64,000 nucleotides of DNA from Planctomycetota bacterium. Its GTDB lineage: Bacteria > Planctomycetota > SZUA-567. A program made the position numbers and the translations under genes. Within the stretch, counting starts at the first letter, position 1; every line of letters starts with the position of its first letter. The stretch is from positions 566 through 64,565 of the forward strand of contig JAVBRG010000042.1 in assembly GCA_031548195.1 (NCBI GenBank), in the 5' to 3' direction. The notes beneath the pieces were generated by a model that worked only from the letters and a program-made list of their open reading frames with translations, was not told where the DNA came from and did not search any database. This document shows positions 53,867 to 61,513 of the stretch, one piece after another.

Positions 53867-56800
53867 TCACCGCAGGCGAATATTCCGGATCAACGACGTC
53901 GCCGGAGCCTTGCCGTCGCGATAGAGGAAAAATCCCGCCCGACCCGTGCGGTCCTTGCCGATCAATTCCCGCCCCGGTCCGCCGCCTGGTGACAACAGAC
54001 GGAAATCGCGGCCGGTCAGGGAAAATTCCAGCTTGTTCCAGCCGTTCTGCAATACCGTCGACGGCGTTTCGTAATCGACCCAGCCCTTCGGACTTTGCAC
54101 CGTGAACACCATGGACAATGCCGCCGTACCGACCCCGTCGTAGTATGCCTCAAGGGTTACCTGTCCGGCGCCGGATAAATCCTGCGTCGGCGAAAGCGTC
54201 CGGTACACGGCCACCCGGCCCTTCGCCGCCGCCTGCAAATCCATCTTCAAGGCCCGGCCGCCCTGCCCGTCCGATATGGCGCCAATCTTACCCGGGTCGC
54301 TCCAGGACGGCATGCGCCACTGGGCCGCCGTGTCCGGACCGAATTCGTCCCACAGCGCGCCGGCCCGCGCGGGGTCGCCGGCCAGGCGGTCCGGAATGAC
54401 TTCCCTCACCGGCTCGGCCCGGACTTCGCCCCCAAGCTTTTCCGGTTCGAGGACAATTCCCTCCTCCGCATTGCCGGACAGGAAATAATTCAGGGTCCGG
54501 CTTAAAAACCGCAACGGCCGCCGGCTGTCACGGGTGACCCCACCCTCGCGTCGCCAGTCCTGATAAGTCGCCACCGCCGCCAGTTTGCCACCCAGCCATA
54601 ACGCGTCCGCCTTCTCGCCCTCGCCCAGCTGGTGCTTGGCCGAAAGCGGTTCAACCTCACCACCCGCCGCCTTGGACAAACGTTCCAGCTGCCGCACCGT
54701 CCTGTCCCGATCCGGCGAGTCCAGCCAGATGTGCCCGCCGGATTGGAGATAAGCCGCGACCCGCTTCACCGCCGCGTCCGGCCAATCCGCCATTTCCTCC
54801 GGCGTCAAGAGGGCTAGCAGGGTGTCGGACAAATTGCCGTCCTCCGGCTTCACCCGCCGGCTCTCGACCGTAAGCCCCCGGGGAAGCCGCGCCTTGAGTC
54901 TACCGAACAAATCCTCGCCCGCGTCGTCCGACCGGCCGGCGAAATCGCCCAGCACCAATAGCAGGCTGTCCATGTCGACCGCGCTCGCCGCCGTCCCGAC
55001 GACGCGTTTGCGATCCCGGCGTTCCATCCGCTTCCAGTCGCTGTCGGATACCGGCAACGACACCACGTCCAGGCCGAACTTCCCGCCGCCGTCCCCGAGA
55101 ACGGAGCGTCCCAAACCCTGGCCGCCGTCCCCCTGCCGCCTGCCAATCCCGGCGCCGCCGAAGCCGCCGGCCAGATCGTCAAACCTGCCCTCGCCGACCC
55201 CGCGACCGCTGCCCCGTCCGGACCCGCCGGCGCCGCTGCCGCCGCCACCCTTGCCGCCGGTGCCGTTTCCGCCCCCGCCCCCATTGCCGCCGCCCCCCGG
55301 CCCGTCGCCGGCGTTGCCGCGACCGCCCCCGCCCGGACCGGCGCGATCACCCGTGCCGGTAGCGTCGCCGGAGCCGGTTCCATTGCCGGTCCCGGCCATC
55401 AAGCCCGGAACCTTGCCGCCGGGTTCGCCGCTGCCGCTGCCGGATTTATCGCCGATTCCCTGACGGTCGCCGCGACGTTGTCCGCCGCGGGGGCCCGCTT
55501 CGAGACCGGTACCGCCCTTCCCCGCCCGGGCAAAATCGGCACGCTCGCTGCCACCGCCTTCCCCAAAGGGATTGGGCGCCGCGCCGGTTCCTTCGCCGCC
55601 GTCGCCCAGAAGGGTCGTAAGCGCTTTGCCGGTCCCGTCCCGGTTCCCTTCGGGTCCGCCGGCTGCTCCGCCGGAGGGTTCGCTGTCAAAACGTTTTTCC
55701 TTGGCCTGATTGCCGCCGGAAGGCGCGCTTTTGGACCGGCTTTCCCCTTGTCCGGAGGCGTCGGAGGCGACGGCCCCGGACAGACTGGCGCCGGTTCCGC
55801 CGGGAATGCCTCCCTGCCGGTTCGGCATGCTGCGGGCTGCGCGGGGCGCTCCGCCCCGGCTCTGCCGCTCGGCGCCACGAACCAGGGCGAGTTCCGGCAG
55901 GTCCGTCCCCGATTCGCCGCGCGGATGCGAATCGTTCGTCGGAGCATTCAGGTACGACGCCGCTTCCGGCATCACCACCCCCTGCTTGGCGCCGAGATAA
56001 TCCGCTCCGACCGCCCGCGCTTCAGGCCGCAACTCTTCAATTCCCGGAGGCCCCTCCGCGTTGTGTTTCGGTTCGGCGGAGACGACTTTTTCGGCGTCGC
56101 GGATCGGATCGGAAATTTCCGCCCGGGGTTCCGGCTGGGTATCCGGGGTCTCGCGGGGAGTCCGGCGACGCCCCTGGGGATCGATACGGCGGACGGTGGG
56201 GTCCAGGGATACCTTTTCCACACCGCTGGCTTCGGCAAGCAACAATCCCTGTTCCGGCGACAAATTCTCGCGGGGGCGCTCACCGTCCGACCACTTCGCG
56301 CGGGCGCTCTCGGCCTGCTCGACAATGTCCGGCCGGGCTTCGTCGATTTGCCGCTCGGTTGCGTTCTCGGCGGGTTTTTCGCTGGGCGCGGCCGCCGAGG
56401 CGGGTTCGGCCATTTCCAGAAGTTCGGGGAATTCCTGTTCATCCGGCGCTTGTTCCAAGCGCTGATTTCGCTCGGGCATGCGCTCGCGGCGGCGCATATT
56501 CTTCTGCTCCGCCACTTCGTCCTGGAAGGACATCGCCGACGGCCGCAACGAATCCTGGGTCAACCGGAGATTTTCATTGGGAGCGCTGTCGGGGAGTTCG
56601 ACCGGGCGTTCGCTCACCAATGCCCCGCCCGACGTCGAGGACGCGGCGGAGGCCGACTCGGCTCCGGCGTCGGCGAAGGAAAGTTCCCCGGGGCTGGCGC
56701 TCTCGCCCCCTCCACTGTCGACGGATTCGCGGGCGCTGACCGCCGTGAGCATTTCCTGTTCGGCGGGACTGAATTCAATCACGCCGGACGCTTCGGGGTC

Positions 56801-59554
56801 GGCTTCGGAGAGACTGACGGTAATGCTGGGTTCGGCCCGGGCGACATCGGTGGAGGCGGCCCCGAGCATCAGGATGAAGGCGACGAGCAGCATTATATTG
56901 GCAATGGCCGAGGCCAAAAGGAATCGGGCCAGGGCGCTTTTTCCCAAGCGGTACAGAATGTAGGCAAGAAGCAACAGGAGAAGCAAAAGCAACAGCATGG
57001 CCGCCAGAATGTAAATCCACCAGGCGCTCCAAAAGCTGTCACCCTTCTTGGCCTTGCCGGGATCGGGGAACGTGAAATCGGCCGGTGCGGCGGGAGCTCC
57101 CGTCACCGGAGTGTCGTGGAACATTTCGGCGGTTTTGTCGAAGGGTGACTCCACTGGCTCCGGCAAGTCGCCGGGTTTTTCTTCCCAAAGATCCCGACCG
57201 GGCTCCAGTTCGTCCTTCAGGGGCGCGTGTGTAACACCCAGTTCCGGCGGCTTGGGGACGCCCTGCACCGGTGCCAGTTCCGCCGGCTCCGCCTCATACG
57301 CCTTCACCCGCCAGCGAAGAGGGATTGCCAAAGCGCCCGGCCCGGCGCTTAAACTCAGGATCCCGTTGTACTCGCCCTCGGCTTGGTTCATCGGGGCGGA
57401 AGCGGTGACCTCGAGGTCAAGGGTGCCCGAACCCGGTGACACTTCGCGATACGGATTCGCCAGCCGGAGATTATCGTTCCCCGCAACGCCGGCGGACAGC
57501 GGCGCCGCCTTATCCGCCTGGTAGGGAATTTTCAGGACGTGGCTGGTAAAGGTGCCGGGCGGGACCGTACCCAGATCCACCGGGTCGCCCCCGTCGAACC
57601 GCACCGTTCCCACCCGCACCCGCGCAGCTACACTATCGCCCATTTCCATGCCGTCGGAAATACTGAAGGCGCCCTGGTAATCGCCCGGGCGCGCCTCGGC
57701 GGGAATGGCGATTTCCAATTCCAGGGAACGCCGGCCGGGATTGAACACGAGGGCGGTGGACAACTCCTGCAGGCCAATCCCGGAGTCGTGCCAGGTCAGG
57801 TCGAGGGTCAGCTTCTGCGCCGAACGCGCGTCCAGGGCGATGTCCGCGAAGGCGGTCCCGGTTTCGCCGGGGAACAGCACGCCGAAGTCCAGGGCGTCGG
57901 CAATGCCGGCCCAGCCCGGCGGCGGATCCCGGGATTTAATGGCCAGACCCGAAGTTTGCCGGATGAATTCGCCCTGCTCCCAGGCCTCCCCCGAGGCGCG
58001 CAAGGTCAGGTCGAACTGGTCCGGAGCATCCGGCAATGCAATGTCAATGCCATACACGCCGTCGCCGGCGGCGCCGTCGCCGTGTCCGCCGTCGTCTAAA
58101 AGTTGTAGGCCGTCCGGCAAAACGCCCGGCACCGGCATAACCCACACCCGGGCGCCTCCGAGTGGACTGAAGCCCTCCGCCAGCGTGGCCGCGACGGCGA
58201 AGCGGCCGCCCCGCAGCTGGGGGGGGAACATGTCGAGAAAGAACTGGGTGTCGGCGGAAAGGGCCAGAACCGAAAGGCCCGGAGTCGCGCGTTCCCAGGT
58301 GAATTCCCATTCGCCCGGGTTCGGATTGGCTTGATGGATGTTTGTCGCCTTGCTATTCGTATCCAGGCCTTGGCCGGGGCCGGTCATGCCGACGCGGGCG
58401 CCGCCGTCGACCATGGCGGAAAGGCGCCGCACGGCGCCGTCCACGGGGAATTTGGCTACGCCGGCGGAGGCGTCGAGGATTTCCGTACGGAGGAGCTGGC
58501 GTTTGCCCAGTTCCGCCGCGAGGCGGGCGTAAATATCCGGCAGGTCCGCGTCCTTTGCCGCCTTGAAGTACATGCCGTCGGTGGCATCGGCCATCTCCTT
58601 CAGGAGATTGTGGTCGGTTTGTTCGCTGAGGCCGACGGCGAAGATGCGCACGCCCCGACGGACCGCCTCCAGATGCGTGTTGAGGTAATCCGACCCTTCG
58701 TTCTTGCCGTCGGTAAGGAAGACGATCACCGGCCGTCGCGAACCGCCCAGTTCCTTCAGCGCGGCTTCGAGGGGTTTGTCGAGGTCGGTCATGCCGTCAG
58801 CGCTGATGCCGTCGAGAACCTGGAGGAGTTTGTCGCCTTCGGCGAGAGGGAGCAGCGGTGTGTCGAGGGAGGCTTTGTGATTGAAGGTGACTAGGCCGAT
58901 GCGGCCGATGCCCCCGGATTCGCGGGCGGTTTCGATGAAGGATCGGGCGGCGGCGACCCGGAGTTTGTTGGGGTCGTTATGCAACATGCTGAGGCTGATG
59001 TCGACGACCAGGACGACGTCCACGAGTTCCGCCGCGTAGCGGGAGCTGCCCTCGGCCTCGCCTTCGGCGAGCGGGGTTCCGCCGGGGGCGTAAACCACCC
59101 GGACGGTCGCCGGCCCCTCGCCTTCCTGGGGAGGAACGGCCCGGGCGTCTACGAATACCTTGTAACCGTTGCGCCAAACATACAGGCCACCAGCCCGGTA
59201 GCGTTCCTGTTTCCCTTCAGCCGGCTTCAAGCCTTTCGGGTAGACGAAAACCTGGAAATCCCCCGGTCGCACCACCGTTTGCGGGCCGATGCGGTGGAGG
59301 GGAAGATTGAGGACCATCTTGACATTGGCCGGGTAACGGGGGTCCCCCAAATCCTGGGTGAGCAGGGCCGCGTGCAGCGGTTCGACCGTTTCCGCCGCCA
59401 GCGCTCCGGGCGTCGCCGCCAGGGTTGACCACAGTAAAACCAGTACGGCGGAAAATTCCGGCCAAAAAGCGACAGCCGGCCGGGCCGGGTGCTGCACGGC
59501 GCCGCCGGTCGGAATTTCGGCTTTGTGTTTTGGGGTGACCCGCATGTGCGTCAT
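53867..59554 (-). CDS. 1895-aa membrane protein: signal peptide, vWA domain, Ig-like region, TM hairpin, long acidic/Gly-rich linker, DUF4159-like domain, C-terminal beta-sandwich
   Basis: vWA MIDAS VVLVVDISLSM...TDG at ~58507-59023. TM pair FWSAWWIYILAAMLLLLLLLLLLAYILY / FLLASAIANIMLLVAFILMLGAA at ~56850-57040. The Gly-rich tract is GGGGNGGGGGNGTGGKGGGGSGAGG. DUF4159-like LLALLTPEEMADWPDAAVKRVAAYLQSGGHIWLDS. Confidence 0.8.
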   Translation of the reverse strand: MTHMRVTPKHKAEIPTGGAVQHPARPAVAFWPEFSAVLVLLWSTLAATPGALAAETVEPLHAALLTQDLGDPRYPANVKMVLNLPLHRIGPQTVVRPGDFQVFVYPKGLKPAEGKQERYRAGGLYVWRNGYKVFVDARAVPPQEGEGPATVRVVYAPGGTPLAEGEAEGSSRYAAELVDVVLVVDISLSMLHNDPNKLRVAAARSFIETARESGGIGRIGLVTFNHKASLDTPLLPLAEGDKLLQVLDGISADGMTDLDKPLEAALKELGGSRRPVIVFLTDGKNEGSDYLNTHLEAVRRGVRIFAVGLSEQTDHNLLKEMADATDGMYFKAAKDADLPDIYARLAAELGKRQLLRTEILDASAGVAKFPVDGAVRRLSAMVDGGARVGMTGPGQGLDTNSKATNIHQANPNPGEWEFTWERATPGLSVLALSADTQFFLDMFPPQLRGGRFAVAATLAEGFSPLGGARVWVMPVPGVLPDGLQLLDDGGHGDGAAGDGVYGIDIALPDAPDQFDLTLRASGEAWEQGEFIRQTSGLAIKSRDPPPGWAGIADALDFGVLFPGETGTAFADIALDARSAQKLTLDLTWHDSGIGLQELSTALVFNPGRRSLELEIAIPAEARPGDYQGAFSISDGMEMGDSVAARVRVGTVRFDGGDPVDLGTVPPGTFTSHVLKIPYQADKAAPLSAGVAGNDNLRLANPYREVSPGSGTLDLEVTASAPMNQAEGEYNGILSLSAGPGALAIPLRWRVKAYEAEPAELAPVQGVPKPPELGVTHAPLKDELEPGRDLWEEKPGDLPEPVESPFDKTAEMFHDTPVTGAPAAPADFTFPDPGKAKKGDSFWSAWWIYILAAMLLLLLLLLLLAYILYRLGKSALARFLLASAIANIMLLVAFILMLGAASTDVARAEPSITVSLSEADPEASGVIEFSPAEQEMLTAVSARESVDSGGGESASPGELSFADAGAESASAASSTSGGALVSERPVELPDSAPNENLRLTQDSLRPSAMSFQDEVAEQKNMRRRERMPERNQRLEQAPDEQEFPELLEMAEPASAAAPSEKPAENATERQIDEARPDIVEQAESARAKWSDGERPRENLSPEQGLLLAEASGVEKVSLDPTVRRIDPQGRRRTPRETPDTQPEPRAEISDPIRDAEKVVSAEPKHNAEGPPGIEELRPEARAVGADYLGAKQGVVMPEAASYLNAPTNDSHPRGESGTDLPELALVRGAERQSRGGAPRAARSMPNRQGGIPGGTGASLSGAVASDASGQGESRSKSAPSGGNQAKEKRFDSEPSGGAAGGPEGNRDGTGKALTTLLGDGGEGTGAAPNPFGEGGGSERADFARAGKGGTGLEAGPRGGQRRGDRQGIGDKSGSGSGEPGGKVPGLMAGTGNGTGSGDATGTGDRAGPGGGGRGNAGDGPGGGGNGGGGGNGTGGKGGGGSGAGGSGRGSGRGVGEGRFDDLAGGFGGAGIGRRQGDGGQGLGRSVLGDGGGKFGLDVVSLPVSDSDWKRMERRDRKRVVGTAASAVDMDSLLLVLGDFAGRSDDAGEDLFGRLKARLPRGLTVESRRVKPEDGNLSDTLLALLTPEEMADWPDAAVKRVAAYLQSGGHIWLDSPDRDRTVRQLERLSKAAGGEVEPLSAKHQLGEGEKADALWLGGKLAAVATYQDWRREGGVTRDSRRPLRFLSRTLNYFLSGNAEEGIVLEPEKLGGEVRAEPVREVIPDRLAGDPARAGALWDEFGPDTAAQWRMPSWSDPGKIGAISDGQGGRALKMDLQAAAKGRVAVYRTLSPTQDLSGAGQVTLEAYYDGVGTAALSMVFTVQSPKGWVDYETPSTVLQNGWNKLEFSLTGRDFRLLSPGGGPGRELIGKDRTGRAGFFLYRDGKAPATSLIRNIRLR

Positions 59555-59556
59555 GA

Positions 59557-59967
59557 TTATTTACCCGGATCCATGACTGGCAAATCCACATTCTTCACGC
59601 CGGCGGCGCGACAGATGCCGAACACCTTCATGACCGATCGGTAGGGAACTTTCGCGTCGGCGCGGATTACGGCCGGCCGGCCGGGGTGGACGGATACGAA
59701 GTCGCCTACGGCGCCGCGGAGTTCGACTTCCGCCATGATTTTCCCGTTCACGACCAGAGTCCCTTCCTCGCGGATGTTGATGACCATGCGGCTGGGGACC
59801 TGAGAAGCCTTGACACCGGCTTCGCTGTCGGGGAGGACGACGTTGTGGTCCAGTTCCTGCCGGGTGAAATTAGTGGCGACCAGGAAAAAGATGAGCAGGA
59901 GAAACACGACGTCCAGAAGCGAAGTGAGGGGGATTTCGAACTGGTCTTCTTCTTGCATGGCTTTCAT
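59557..59967 (-). CDS. exbD: ExbD/TolR-family protein
   Basis: ATG at 59967 (MKAMQEEDQFEIPLTSLLDVVFLLLIFFLV...). 136 aa. The track ORF has a 104-aa spurious extension. Confidence 0.88.
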   Translation of the reverse strand: MKAMQEEDQFEIPLTSLLDVVFLLLIFFLVATNFTRQELDHNVVLPDSEAGVKASQVPSRMVINIREEGTLVVNGKIMAEVELRGAVGDFVSVHPGRPAVIRADAKVPYRSVMKVFGICRAAGVKNVDLPVMDPGK

Positions 59968-60020
59968 GGGATCTCCGAGGCGGCGCGGCCGGGGTCGGGT
60001 GATGGGTAATGTTTTACAAA

Positions 60021-60053
60021 GCGGCAGTGGCGATGGAAACGCCAATCGCCGCG
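60021..60053. repeat. REP-like hairpin variant between exbB and exbD
   Basis: gcggcagtggcgatggaaacgccaatcgccgcggc. Confidence 0.55.
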
Positions 60054-60070
60054 GCATGACCGGGGTGTCC

Positions 60071-61021
60071 TCAACCCTCGTCAGCGTCCGCGCGGCGGCG
60101 CATGATTTCCGTCTTCCGGGTGAACGAATCGTAGGCGGCGGAGTCAAGCGTGGCCAGGTTATCGACTCCCGCCTCGACTGCTTGGACGTTTTCCGTATAC
60201 GCTTCCTGGCGGGCGTTGCCGGCCTGGTGCACCACCGGCCGGCGCGCGCGTGCGCGGGTCTGAACCACCGGCTCGGCAATTTCCTCGTTACTGTCCGTGG
60301 CGCCCAGGTGCGAGCGTTCGGAGGAGCGGTTCGACGGCCGGTTGGAGGCGGCGGAGATGAAGGCCAGCGCCCGGTCTTCGACTTCGCGCATGATGCTGTC
60401 GGCGTAATTTCTCAGGAGGTGGTAGACGACCAGGAGGGGAATGGCGACGACCAGGCCGAAGGCGGTGGTGTAGAGGGCTTCGTAGATGCCGGCGGCGAAA
60501 TTGCGGGGATCGTCCATGCCGAGTTCGGCGGCGGAGCGGAAGGCGGCGATGAGGCCGAAGACGGTTCCCAGGAGTCCCAGCAGCGGGGCGATGGAGGCGA
60601 TGATGCCGATGGGGCGGAGGTTTGAGCGGAGGTCGTAGAGGATGCGGCTGCCTTCTTCGTCGACGGTCGTTTCCAGTTCGCGGCGGGTGGCGCCGCTTCG
60701 TGAGAGGAGGGCGTGCATGACTCTTCCCATGGCGGTGCGGTTTCCTTCGACGACTTGCAGGCCGGAGTTTACGCCTCCGGCGAGCATGGCGTCGCGGAGG
60801 TCGTTCATGAGGCGTTTGGGGATTTGGGCGCCTTTTCGGATGACCAGGAAGCGTTCGGCGGCGAAGGCGCAGCCGATGACGGAGCAGGCGAGGATGGCCC
60901 ACATGATTTTTCCGCCGCGTTCGAAGGCGGTGAGGATTGATTCGGGGTCGATGTCATCGGCTCTGGCGTTGGTGGCGAGGGTTAGTAGGATGGCCGTGGT
61001 GATTAGGGGTCGTATGGACAT
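60071..61021 (-). CDS. exbB: MotA/TolQ/ExbB proton-channel protein with ~90-aa disordered C-terminal tail
   Basis: ATG at 61021 (MSIRPLITTAILLTL...). IAPLLGLLGTVFGLI and GIYEALYTTAFGLVVAIP motifs. Confidence 0.88.
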   Translation of the reverse strand: MSIRPLITTAILLTLATNARADDIDPESILTAFERGGKIMWAILACSVIGCAFAAERFLVIRKGAQIPKRLMNDLRDAMLAGGVNSGLQVVEGNRTAMGRVMHALLSRSGATRRELETTVDEEGSRILYDLRSNLRPIGIIASIAPLLGLLGTVFGLIAAFRSAAELGMDDPRNFAAGIYEALYTTAFGLVVAIPLLVVYHLLRNYADSIMREVEDRALAFISAASNRPSNRSSERSHLGATDSNEEIAEPVVQTRARARRPVVHQAGNARQEAYTENVQAVEAGVDNLATLDSAAYDSFTRKTEIMRRRADADEG

Positions 61022-61069
61022 CGAGCTCTCCAAGTATAAGGGCAATTCTGCCGAGACCGTATTAACGCC

Positions 61070-61474
61070 GCATTACCGCTTTGCGTAATCTGGTCCAGCG
61101 GCTCGCTGGTTGCGGGGGTTCTAGGGGGGCGCAACCAGCCCCCTTGTTTTGTGCGGTTGTAAAAAAGTCAAATAGCGGTTAAGCGGTGAAACGGTTTTGA
61201 AACGCGGTTAATGGGCCGCGTAAACAATTCGGCAATGCAACACTTGGTATAACCTATCAGAAACTAGTTACGCGGCCCCACCTTTCAGAGCAAACAGCGC
61301 CGAAGGCGCGTCTTTGCGTCCGGGCGGCCCCGAAGGTATCGAATGTAAAACGGGCGGCCCCGAAGGTATCGAATGCAAAACGGGCGGCTCCGAGGATCGC
61401 GTCTTCAGGACCGGGCGGCCACATACTTCGCGAATTCAGGCCGGGGGGGTCTGGGGGGCGAAGCCCTCCCAGAA
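61070..61474 (-). repeat. Structured intergenic element Y, copy B (inverted relative to 554-926), forming the exbB upstream region
   Basis: Its reverse complement is collinear with 554-926. It ends about 50 nt upstream of the exbB ATG. Confidence 0.8.
61321..61440. repeat. 30-bp tandem repeat x4 inside Y copy B (two near-perfect units, two degenerate)
   Basis: cgggcggccccgaaggtatcgaatg(t/c)aaaa at 61321 and 61351. Degenerate units at 61381 and 61412. Copy A carries only ~1-2 units. Confidence 0.8.
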
Positions 61475-61513
61475 CGGAAACCAAAAGAACCACTCTCCGT
61501 CCCGATAATTCAC

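Noticed and set aside
554-61474. Y pair as the ends of a composite transposon or genomic island
   Set aside because: The interior is core housekeeping DNA (tsaD, apt, recG, ppk, coaC, thiE, xseB and others). There is no integrase, transposase or tRNA target.
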